Assembly (NCBI GenBank): GCA_031416315.1
Contig: JANOTL010000070.1
Span: 1-18,319, forward strand
Length of the DNA: 18,319 nucleotides
From: Pseudomonadota bacterium
GTDB lineage: Bacteria > Bdellovibrionota_B > Oligoflexia > Oligoflexales > CAIYRB01
Direction of reading: 5' to 3'
Under the pieces are notes generated by a model. It made no database searches. It was not told where the DNA came from and was given only the letters and a program-made list of their open reading frames with translations. The translations under genes were made by a program, and so were the position numbers. How positions within the stretch are numbered: position 1 is the first letter of the stretch; the number at the start of each line of letters is the position of its first letter. This document shows positions 7,366 to 15,738 of the stretch, piece by piece.

Positions 7366-8293
7366 GTGATGATCCCTCTCTACACCGCATGCATGGTCGC
7401 TTTCGTAGCGACCACAGCCCCGCTTCCCCCCTTCAAAGGTAGCGACGGTCGTGAGCCAGCGCTTTGGATCAGGACAGGCTTCATGAACCGCGACGGCGTC
7501 GTCGTGATCGAGCCCAAGTTCGAGGATGGCGAATCCTTTGTGGAGGGACTCGCGGCCGTCAAATTGGCCGGCGGGGGATGGGCATCCTTGAGCCGAACGA
7601 GGAAGACCGCGTCGGTGATGGTTTACCGGACGTCGCACCTCCTTCGGCCGCGCCCGACAAGCCGCTCTTCGATCTCGACATGAACGACATTCCCGAGTCG
7701 AACATTTCCGCGGTCTACCGTGCGCCCAGCGACACGACGTACATCGAGGTGACCTCGGCGACGCTAGGAGACTTCGAGCTCGAGCTCACCAAAGGCCAGG
7801 CGACGGTCGCGTCAGACGCGCGGGCCTATGCCATCGAGCCACTCGGCAAACATTTCGGCGGCGCGCTGCAAGCCGTTTCCGTCTACTTCACGACACCAAA
7901 AGGGTCGAGCCTCTATCCTGGGCTTTATGTCATCGACATGAACAAGAAGGCACTAGTCGCCTATACGCGCCCACCTGTGGACTACACGTACTACGACACG
8001 TGGAGCGAGCTTGCCACTGAAGCTTCGACCGGAAAGGCTACGCGGCTGGCAAGCTGTCCGTCGTCTCGATCGACGCGGACTGGGCTTTCGTTCATCACGG
8101 CACGTTCCCGGTCGCGGGACGCCCGAAGATGATCGCGCTTTCGCACTCCGAGCACGTCGCAGGCAGCTCACATGGCGGGCTTCCCGCGGCCGTCACGCGT
8201 CCTGGCTTAGTTGAGAACACCGTTGATGTGCAGCTCGAAAGCGGCGTGTGGATCGGCTGGGATGCCGATGCGGCCGCGTTCGTCGAGCGCTGA
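7366..8293 (+). pseudogene. Secreted WG-repeat-containing protein with two -1 frameshifts (~7581, ~8020)
   Basis: Signal-like N-terminus, then WG repeat GFMNRDGVVVIEPKFEDGESFVEGLAAVKLAGGGW. One extra G gives WGILEPN... in the 7464-8132 frame. A third frame, 8021-8293, reads SFDRKGYAAGKLSVVSIDADW...WIGWDADAAAFVER*. Confidence 0.6.
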
Positions 8294-8367
8294 GCCGAGA
8301 AACTCGCAAGCTCACCGAACTTCTAACGCTGCCGGCACCGTTGCGAAGTGCTGCAAGGTCATTCTAA

Positions 8368-8428
8368 GAGGGAGTCTAAAAAGGCGCGGGACCGTAAACC
8401 TGCGTCCCGCGCCTTTTTAGACACCCTC
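8368..8428. mobile_element. 61-bp fold-back MITE-like element with IS5-like ends; also shaped like a bidirectional terminator
   Basis: 25-bp inverted arms GAGGGAGTCTAAAAAGGCGCGGGAC / GTCCCGCGCCTTTTTAGACACCCTC (1 mismatch) around an 11-nt loop; TAA direct repeats at 8365-8367 and 8429-8431. Confidence 0.75.
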
Positions 8429-9564
8429 TAAGGTCCGCGCCTCGAAGGCTTCGGCAACTCGACCTTTTTCGTCGCCGGCTCGCGTCCGAGACTCATCCCG
8501 ATCGCCTCCGCCGCAATCACGAGCGGGCTCGCCGTAAGATCCAGAGGCCGATGCCCGCCGGTCACCTCGGAGTACGGGACGTCGACGACGGCCTGGCCGC
8601 GCAGCACGACGACGCGACCGAAGTTGCGCGCGACGACGAGGTCGACCGCGTGGACGCCGAAGGCCGTCGCGAGGATGCGGTCGTAAGCGCTCGGCGAGCC
8701 GCCGCGCTGCACGTGGCCGAGGACCGTGACGCGCGCCTCGACGCCCGTGCGAGCGCTGAGCTCCTCGGCGACATAGGCGCCGCTGCCACCGAGGCGCTTC
8801 GCACCGCCGGATACGGTCGCGTAGTTCGGGCGGCCGCCTTTTTCGTGCGCGCCTTCTGCGACGACGACCAAGCTGAAGTGCCGACCGAGCGCCTTGCGCG
8901 CCGCGATCTTGGCGAGAATTGGGTCCCAGTCGTACGGAATCTCGGGAATCAGGACGACGTTGGCGCCGCCGGCGAGGCCTGCGTGCAACGCGATGTGGCC
9001 TGCGTCGCGCCCCATCACCTCGAGGACCATGATTCGATCGTGCGACTCGGCCGTCGATTGCAGCCGCGAGACCGCCTCGGTCGCGATCTGGACCGCCGTG
9101 TCGAAGCCGATCGTCTGGTCGGTGCCGCCGAGGTCGTTGTCGATCGTCTTCGGGATCCCGACAATGCCGATGCCGACGTTCAGGAGGCGCGACGCGATGA
9201 GCTGTGTTCCGTCGCCTCCGACGACGATCAGGCCGTCGAGGCCGAGCTCGCGGTAGCCGTCGACGAGGGCTCGGCTCAAATCCTGCGGCGACGGCTTGCC
9301 CGCCTCGACGAAGGCGAACGGGTCGCCTTTGTTGGTCGTACCGAGGATGGTGCCGCCCCGAGTCAAGAGGTCGGTCACGTCGCCGAGGTCGAGCTCGCGC
9401 GAGCGCAACGGCCTGAACATTAGGCCGTTGAAGCTGTCCTCGATGCCGACCACGCTCGCCCCGTAGGTGCCGCGTGCGTGTTTCACCACAGCTCGGATCG
9501 CCGCGTTTAGGCCTGGACAGTCGCCGCCGCCGGTGCAGATGCCGATACGCATGCGCGTCCTCAT
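8428..9564 (-). CDS. pfkA: 6-phosphofructokinase (PfkA family, group III-like, probably ATP-dependent)
   Basis: TGGGDCPGLNAAIR, GGTILGT, GGDGT, PKTIDND, GFDTA, EVMGR, LIPE and LGHVQRGG motifs. Start may be 9552. Confidence 0.96.
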   Translation of the reverse strand: MRTRMRIGICTGGGDCPGLNAAIRAVVKHARGTYGASVVGIEDSFNGLMFRPLRSRELDLGDVTDLLTRGGTILGTTNKGDPFAFVEAGKPSPQDLSRALVDGYRELGLDGLIVVGGDGTQLIASRLLNVGIGIVGIPKTIDNDLGGTDQTIGFDTAVQIATEAVSRLQSTAESHDRIMVLEVMGRDAGHIALHAGLAGGANVVLIPEIPYDWDPILAKIAARKALGRHFSLVVVAEGAHEKGGRPNYATVSGGAKRLGGSGAYVAEELSARTGVEARVTVLGHVQRGGSPSAYDRILATAFGVHAVDLVVARNFGRVVVLRGQAVVDVPYSEVTGGHRPLDLTASPLVIAAEAIGMSLGREPATKKVELPKPSRRGP

Positions 9565-9655
9565 TCGGGGTTAGGAGGTTCCTCGCGAGTCGTCAGCCTC
9601 GTGGCCGTCCGACGACTGTACTCCTCTTCCCGAGCTCCTTGAAGCTCTCGTCGAC

Positions 9656-10267
9656 TCAGCGATGACCCACGCACTGCGTCGCGTCGTTCTCCAGACGCTT
9701 GATCTCGCATGCTGCCCACCGGTCGATCGCCTCGACCGTCGGATGCTGGCAGGAGCCGTCGATCTTCGTGTGGCTGATCCACTTCAAGAGGCCATTCGGC
9801 TTGCTGTAGTGCCAGAAGCTGCGATAACCGAGCTCTTCGGTCCGCGCCTGCGTGTAATCGTTGTTCCAGTGATAGTAGCCCTGCGGCGCACCTTCCATCG
9901 CGAGCAACGATGCGAGATGCGCGGGCTTGTGGTCTTGGACGTGCTTCCAGATGTGGTACGAAAGCTTCATGCAACGGCGCGCTGCGTCGCCGCCGGCGCC
10001 AAAGCCCCACTGAATAGCATCAGGATACGGGTGGGGATGCGTGTCCGCGGCGGCATCGTACACATAGGGCCAGTATTCGAAGCCGCCCGAGATCGGCTCC
10101 GGCAACGCCAAGACCTCCTCGCCCGGCATCGTCACGTTGTAAAGGTCCAAGACGACGTCCGACACGACCGAAGTGTGCGCACGGTTTTGGACGAAGGTCG
10201 ATTCCTGGTCCGCGACGGCCGGAGTCGAAACGGCAAGCATGGAAATCAAGAAAAGCTGCAGGCGCAT
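9656..10267 (-). CDS. Secreted hypothetical protein, Trp/Tyr-rich
   Basis: GGAGG RBS; signal peptide MRLQLFLISMLAVSTPAVA; GC3-biased codons. Confidence 0.8.
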   Translation of the reverse strand: MRLQLFLISMLAVSTPAVADQESTFVQNRAHTSVVSDVVLDLYNVTMPGEEVLALPEPISGGFEYWPYVYDAAADTHPHPYPDAIQWGFGAGGDAARRCMKLSYHIWKHVQDHKPAHLASLLAMEGAPQGYYHWNNDYTQARTEELGYRSFWHYSKPNGLLKWISHTKIDGSCQHPTVEAIDRWAACEIKRLENDATQCVGHR

Positions 10268-10371
10268 GATGAGTTCCTCCTACGGCGAACGCTATCAAGG
10301 TCGCCGCCGCCTGGCCAGTTCCGAAGTTCAGCGTTATGCTTCTCCTTCATCCCTGAAATCCGGAGGTCCGT

Positions 10372-11508
10372 CTGCTCCGCGTCGCCCTAGCCATCTTCGC
10401 CGCATGCGGTTCCGCAGGCGCTCTCGCGCTGAGCTTCGAGCCCGTGTCGATGCCGGCCGACGTTGCGGAGCGCTTCGTCGCTTGTCCGATGACCGCGAAG
10501 CCGAAGGTCGCGACGTTTCTCGGTAAGCAACGCAGCTGGCGCACACCTGCCGAGTTCGAGCCGACGAAGCCAGGCTGGGACGAGCGCGTCGGCGACGGCC
10601 TCGCCGCGCTCAAGCTCGGCAGCGAGTGGCAGTTCACCGCGATCGACGTCCGCAAGCTCGAGAACGGCGAGCACGCCTACCTCTACCTCAGCAACGGCAC
10701 CGCGACCACGATCTTGCAGCCCTGGAGCTCCTCGAAATTCATCGCCGCGGCGAGCGCCGTCACCACGATGCGCAAAGCCGGCATCGGCGCCGACAGCTTC
10801 ATCGGCAGGATGCACTTCGGCGACCTCGTCTCGACCTCGATGCACGGCTTTCGCACCAAGACGACGCCCGCCGGCTCGAACGACGTCGGCACCTGGTTCC
10901 AAAACGTCGCGGGCCGCGACAACTCGAACCATCTCGTGCGGCAATGGCTCGGGCGCCGCAACGAAAGCTTCGGCGGCGGTTACGGCAAAGTCCTCCAAGG
11001 CGAGCCCTCGGAGTTTCGCGACCAAAAGACGGGAAAAAGAGCGCGCGTCTACAATGGCGAGGTCGGGCGCTCGGAATCCAAGCTTTCGACGCTCTCGATG
11101 GCCGAGCTATTGCGCCGGCTCGCGGCCTCCGGCACGAACGACCCGAGCGCTTGGCCCGGTCTCACCGAAGGCGATGCCCGCATCATCCTCTACGGCAGCC
11201 CGATGGAGCTGGGCGGTCTCTTAGCCGGCATCGACGGCTATGTGCGCCAAGCGCTCGGCCGCAAGGCGAAGCTCGACGCCAGGACGATGGGCCGATGGCG
11301 CATCTTCGGCAAGATGGGCGCCGCCGAGCTGCACGTCGGCGACGAGCAGATCGTCAATGCCTACGTCTGCCTACCCGGCGTCGACGGCGGCCGCGCCTTC
11401 TTCTTCTCGCTCGCAAACCGCGGTCGTGTCGGCAAGGAGGGCGACGTCAGGATGCAGCGCGGCGTCGACGCGCTGGTGCGCGCGCTCGTGCCGGCTTACT
11501 TCGACTGA
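10372..11508 (+). CDS. Exported serine beta-lactamase/PBP-fold hydrolase-like protein
   Basis: WSSSKF (SxxK), GSND and GKMG (KTG-like) occur in the expected order. The frame extends upstream of 10444 to a signal peptide LRVALAIFAACGSAGALA with GGAGG 5 nt before CTG 10372. Confidence 0.65.
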   Translation: MLRVALAIFAACGSAGALALSFEPVSMPADVAERFVACPMTAKPKVATFLGKQRSWRTPAEFEPTKPGWDERVGDGLAALKLGSEWQFTAIDVRKLENGEHAYLYLSNGTATTILQPWSSSKFIAAASAVTTMRKAGIGADSFIGRMHFGDLVSTSMHGFRTKTTPAGSNDVGTWFQNVAGRDNSNHLVRQWLGRRNESFGGGYGKVLQGEPSEFRDQKTGKRARVYNGEVGRSESKLSTLSMAELLRRLAASGTNDPSAWPGLTEGDARIILYGSPMELGGLLAGIDGYVRQALGRKAKLDARTMGRWRIFGKMGAAELHVGDEQIVNAYVCLPGVDGGRAFFFSLANRGRVGKEGDVRMQRGVDALVRALVPAYFD

Positions 11509-11519
11509 GACCCGCAACG

Positions 11520-11987
11520 ATGCGCGACGCCATCAAGACTTTCCACGCCGTCATCGTCGTCGTCCCCTGGGGCGACGACCGCTTCGTCTTCGTCGAGGAG
11601 ACGAAAGCCGAGTGCAAAGGCCTCTGGTCCCTGCCAGGCGGCATGCTCGAGCCGGGCGAGTCGATCGCCGAGGTCGCGGTGCGCGAGGTTCGCGAAGAAG
11701 CCGGGCTCGTCGTCGAGCCCACGGGAATTCTGCGGCTCGAGCACACGCGCTACGTGACGGCCCAGCCGGAGCCCTGCGAAAAGTTCCGCTTCATCGTCGT
11801 CGCTCGGCACGTCGCCGGAGCGCTCAAGACGATCGCCGACGCGGAATCCGGCCGCGCCGCGCCCTTCTCCATCGCCGAGGCGAGGGGCTTGGCGCTGCGG
11901 CCGGGTTATGAGATGGCGTGGCTCGAGGCGTTGGAGCGAGGCGACGGTTTGCTGCCGATGGCGAATTATTCGTTCGCGATCGCCTAA
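11520..11987 (+). CDS. NUDIX hydrolase
   Basis: Nudix box WSLPGGMLEPGESIAEVAVREVREEAGL; ATG at 11520, 11 nt after the upstream stop. Confidence 0.92.
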   Translation: MRDAIKTFHAVIVVVPWGDDRFVFVEETKAECKGLWSLPGGMLEPGESIAEVAVREVREEAGLVVEPTGILRLEHTRYVTAQPEPCEKFRFIVVARHVAGALKTIADAESGRAAPFSIAEARGLALRPGYEMAWLEALERGDGLLPMANYSFAIA

Positions 11988-13093
11988 GGCACCAACTCCA
12001 CCAAAGTCCCCGCCAGAACCTCGGCCGCGTCGAATCGCATGCTCACGCGCCACGACCTCATTCCATACGGCTCGACCGCCGTCTTGCCGCTACACCCGAG
12101 CGTGAACCCGGCCGCCGGCGCCGTCTGGCCGCATTGAAACTGATGCTGACCGAGGGCTTGCACGGCCGCTGCCCGCGTCACGCGCGGCGGCGCTCCATCA
12201 GGACTCGCGGAGTCCGCAAGCTGCAATCCAGGCGCAGCCGCCGGCGCCGACGCCTGCACGTGCGCGCGAATGTGAATCCAGGGCGACTGCATGTTGTCGA
12301 TTCCCGTGTGCGCGTTCATCGACGCGACGGTGCCGCCGCCGTAGTAGCTGAGAAACGGGCTGAGGTCGACCTGGACCTGCGGGACGTTCGTCCCGGCGAA
12401 TGCGGCGGAGCGCAGCGGCGCGAAGTTGCGTTGATAGTAGTGGCGCCACTGCCCGCCGCCGCTGATCCGAGCGAGAATCTGGCCGCGCTCGTCGTCGCTG
12501 ACGTCCTGCGGCGCCTCCTGACAGCCGTTGTGATTCACCTGCCATAAGATCGCTTGGACGCCGCAATTGACGCGGCTGATCGGATCGTTCGTCACGACGC
12601 CCGCGAGCGGCACGCTGGCCGGCAGGATCAGCGCGGTCTTCATCGCCAGCCAACCTCCGTGCGAGTGACCCACGATGAAGACCGGCCGTTGCGGAAAGTG
12701 CTTGTGCTCGCGCACGATCGCCTCGACCATCGGCGCCAAATCTTCGAAGGACGTCGTCTGCGGCGCCGCCGTCCCGAGGTGCTCGACCTGCCGGGCCGTC
12801 TGCCAGTAGATCGTCCCCGATTTGTCGTAGCAGCTCCGGAAGAACGTCGGTAGCTCCGGATAATCAATCATCTCGTCGAGGCTGCGACGGATCACGTCGA
12901 GATCCATGCCCATCGGCGTCAGCTTGCCGTTCTGATCGACGCACGAGTTGAAGCCGCCCATCGCGACGATCATCGGCCGCACCGGCTGCCCTTCATCGCT
13001 CGCCACGAGCTCGGTGAGCCCAGTCTCGGTCCGACAGCCGAAAGCGAAGGCGCCTAGCGCGAACGTGACGAGGCCTGCGGTTTTGAGGCTCAA
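11984..13093 (-). CDS. Alpha/beta-hydrolase fold lipoprotein
   Basis: Lipobox AFGC; nucleophile elbow IVGHSHGGW; NDPI; NAH; TTG start after GAGGGG. Confidence 0.85.
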   Translation of the reverse strand: MSLKTAGLVTFALGAFAFGCRTETGLTELVASDEGQPVRPMIVAMGGFNSCVDQNGKLTPMGMDLDVIRRSLDEMIDYPELPTFFRSCYDKSGTIYWQTARQVEHLGTAAPQTTSFEDLAPMVEAIVREHKHFPQRPVFIVGHSHGGWLAMKTALILPASVPLAGVVTNDPISRVNCGVQAILWQVNHNGCQEAPQDVSDDERGQILARISGGGQWRHYYQRNFAPLRSAAFAGTNVPQVQVDLSPFLSYYGGGTVASMNAHTGIDNMQSPWIHIRAHVQASAPAAAPGLQLADSASPDGAPPRVTRAAAVQALGQHQFQCGQTAPAAGFTLGCSGKTAVEPYGMRSWRVSMRFDAAEVLAGTLVELVP

Positions 13094-13230
13094 AGTGCGA
13101 CCCCTCGGATGGATTTGTGCCTCTAGGCTATCATTGGGTGGTCTTTAGGCGAAGGACGACCGCTGTGCTGCGTTCGAGGCGCTACCGCTCCGCGGCTTAA
13201 GCATCGGGGAATTGCGCGCCGCAGTCGCGG

Positions 13231-13266
13231 CCGAGCTGGCTCGCTGAGCGGCTCGGGCTTTTTTTT
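13231..13266 (+). terminator. Intrinsic terminator-like hairpin with T8
   Basis: CCGAGC...GCTCGG outer stem with inner GCTC/GAGC stem, followed by T8 at 13259-13266. Confidence 0.5.
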
Positions 13267-13364
13267 GACCTCTCGTGAGCCCATTCGGCAGTCCCTTGCG
13301 CGTTGAGTCGTGAAGCCACTTCACCCACTGGGAGCCCAAAGCTCCGTCGCACGAGGAAACGCCG

Positions 13365-13934
13365 ATGAAGACGCTCATGAAACTGCTCGCCGCCTGTATG
13401 ACCCTGATCGCTCTTTCGACGGGCTGCGGCTCGGTCGAGGACACGCAGAGCGTTTCCTCGGTGAAGGAGTGGCGCAACCAGGATGTCCGCAAAGGCGTGA
13501 ACATGGCCGCCTACTGCACGCGGAAGTTCGGCACGAGCTTCGTCGCGACCTACCTCGGCAACGGCGAATGGGTCTGCCAGACGAGCCCCCACGACCGCCG
13601 TCCGATCAGCGTCATCGAAGCTTGCACGTGGCAGCAGAACACGAGCCGCGTCGTCTTCGATCAGGGCGCCTTGGCCTGGTATTGCCTCGTGAGCGAGCCC
13701 GTCTGGGTGCCGGTCCGTACCGGCGTCAACATGGACGCCTACTGCAAGCGCCAGTACGGTCAAGCCTTCGCCTCCGTCGTCATCGGCTCGACCGTCGGCG
13801 ACTGGGTCTGTCAGACGAGCCCCCACGACCGCCGGCCGATCAGCGTCCGTCAGGCCTGCCTCTGGCAGCAAAACACCGCGATTCATGGCTATACCAACGC
13901 CAACGATCCCGGATCCTGGTACTGCGAGAAGTAA
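13365..13934 (+). CDS. Lipoprotein with two tandem ~70-aa four-Cys repeats
   Basis: Lipobox STGC; GAGG RBS; repeat GVNMxxYC...WVCQTSPHDRRPISVxxACxWQQNT...WYC occurs twice. Confidence 0.88.
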   Translation: MKTLMKLLAACMTLIALSTGCGSVEDTQSVSSVKEWRNQDVRKGVNMAAYCTRKFGTSFVATYLGNGEWVCQTSPHDRRPISVIEACTWQQNTSRVVFDQGALAWYCLVSEPVWVPVRTGVNMDAYCKRQYGQAFASVVIGSTVGDWVCQTSPHDRRPISVRQACLWQQNTAIHGYTNANDPGSWYCEK

Positions 13935-13953
13935 TCAAGCCGAAGGCGATGCC

Positions 13954-13985
13954 GAGAGGCGCCTCCCCCGCGGGCGGCGCCTCTC
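13954..13985 (+). terminator. GC-rich hairpin after the lipoprotein gene
   Basis: GAGAGGCGCC (13954-13963) pairs with GGCGCCTCTC (13976-13985); no U-tract. Confidence 0.45.
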
Positions 13986-14113
13986 CGCATCTCTGCCGCG
14001 CAAGCCCCCGCAAGCGTGACGATATTCGCCAAATTTACGCAGTCCTCAAGCTTTCTTGTCACAAGGTCGAAAGAAGGAGATCTCCCGGCTGACTCGATTG
14101 GATTACAGGCAAA

Positions 14114-15604
14114 ATGAACGCCGCACTCACCTTATTCATGGCCCTCGCTCTCTTCCTCACAGGCTGCGACGCGACGCCGATCGAGGCAGACGCCACGCGC
14201 AAGTCGAAAGAAAAAGAGACGGGAAAAGCGAAGACCGACGCAACGGCCGGCAATGCGAGCGACAAGGACAAGGATAAATCCAAGGGCAAGGGTGACGCGG
14301 CGGCCGAGTGCGGCAACGGCAAAGTCGAGGACAAGGAGCTCTGCGACGACGGCCCCGACGGCAGCGTCCTTTGCACCAAGAAGTGCGCTTGGGCGCAGTG
14401 CGAGACGAGCCCCGGCAAGACCTTCAAAGAAGACGAGTACCCGCTCGCCCGTTGCGTCTACAAAAAAAAGGGCGAGCTCGTCGCCGACACCACCTGCAGC
14501 ACCGCCGGAAAACCCGTGCAGTGCTTCGACTGCCGCGGCCGCCTCACCAGCTGCGGTCGCGTCGCGCCGCCGGCCGACGGCGGCTCGGGTGAGAGCGCCA
14601 GCGGCGACGGATCATCCGTCGCGGAAGAGGACGGCTCGACGGACGACGACGCCGCGCCGCCGGTCATGCCGGCTCTAGACTTGAACGATCCGGTCGGCTC
14701 GTGCACGAAATTCGCCAGCTACGAGCTCGCCCTGCGCGGCGAGGACGAGTTCAAGGTCTCGCTCAGTCCTTATCGCTTCGGATTCACCGTCGATCAGGCC
14801 GCGTTCGGCGCCAATCCCGATGCGGTCGAAAGGTGGTGCGTGCCGCCGTCGCAGGTCAATTGCGCCAAATGGGACGCCGATCCAGGCACGTGGAAAGCGC
14901 CGCAAGGCTGCTCCTGCTACGCTGAGGGCAAGGGGCGAAGCTACGAGAACTGCAACGACGTCCAGCTCTTCGCCTGCCCATGGGCGAGCGGCAGCGGCTG
15001 CGGCCTCCATTTCTTAGGCGAGGTCGGCGGCATCGCCTGTACGCAGGGCCCGGATCCGCGCGGCGCGCCGCACGTCAACGACTGCCATCACGACGTCGTC
15101 GGCACCATGCACGACGCGTGTTGCGCCCGGCATTGGTACGCGGATAAGAGCGCCGTCTTCGAGGGCAAGAACATCTCGGAATGGGAATGCAACGGCTGCA
15201 ACAGCGGCCATGGCAAACAGAAATGCTCGGCGACGCCGCTCGGCATCCGCACCCCGCGTAACACCGGCCTGCCGTGCGAGCGCGAATGGGCCATTGCGGT
15301 CGATCACAACAACGTCCAAGGCGAAAGCCGCTACCAGTGGTTCCAAGCGATCGACACCGAGCAGCGTTTCACCGCCGCCGAGGTCGTCGAGGCCCAAGGC
15401 AAGCCGGAGAAGCTGCTCGCGCGCGCCGCACCGGCCGTCGATCACCTCGCGCCGGCGGGCCAGATCGTCCTCAAGATGAAAGATGCCGCCGGCGTCGTCG
15501 ACGCCGCGCTTGCCGCGCGCTTCTGTAAATCAGGTCAGATCGCGGTCGAGTCGGTGCGCGTCGGCATCCTGTTTCAGTCACGGGATGTCTGGGTGTGTAA
15601 GTGA
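14114..15604 (+). CDS. Cys-rich lipoprotein with a Myxococcus-type cysteine-rich repeat
   Basis: Lipobox LTGC; K/D-rich linker; CGNGKVEDKELCDDG...CTKKC motif; Cys-rich C-terminal domain containing HDACC. Confidence 0.85.
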   Translation: MNAALTLFMALALFLTGCDATPIEADATRKSKEKETGKAKTDATAGNASDKDKDKSKGKGDAAAECGNGKVEDKELCDDGPDGSVLCTKKCAWAQCETSPGKTFKEDEYPLARCVYKKKGELVADTTCSTAGKPVQCFDCRGRLTSCGRVAPPADGGSGESASGDGSSVAEEDGSTDDDAAPPVMPALDLNDPVGSCTKFASYELALRGEDEFKVSLSPYRFGFTVDQAAFGANPDAVERWCVPPSQVNCAKWDADPGTWKAPQGCSCYAEGKGRSYENCNDVQLFACPWASGSGCGLHFLGEVGGIACTQGPDPRGAPHVNDCHHDVVGTMHDACCARHWYADKSAVFEGKNISEWECNGCNSGHGKQKCSATPLGIRTPRNTGLPCEREWAIAVDHNNVQGESRYQWFQAIDTEQRFTAAEVVEAQGKPEKLLARAAPAVDHLAPAGQIVLKMKDAAGVVDAALAARFCKSGQIAVESVRVGILFQSRDVWVCK

Positions 15605-15738
15605 GTCTCGGAAAATCCGGCCTCGATTGTCGCAAGTCTCAGAAACTGCAAGTGATTCATTCTGGCGAGCTTGTCCTCGGGGAAAGCCTTGTTTCTTCCG
15701 ACAAACGTTAGGAGTCGATCGAGTCTTCCCATGACGGA

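Noticed and set aside
10626..11519. Long N-terminal extension of the NUDIX ORF (453 aa)
   Set aside because: Arg-rich off-frame overlap with the hydrolase gene; the plausible start is 11520.
13569..13847. DGR template/variable repeat pair
   Set aside because: The differences are not adenine-specific, both copies are coding in the same gene, and no reverse transcriptase is present.
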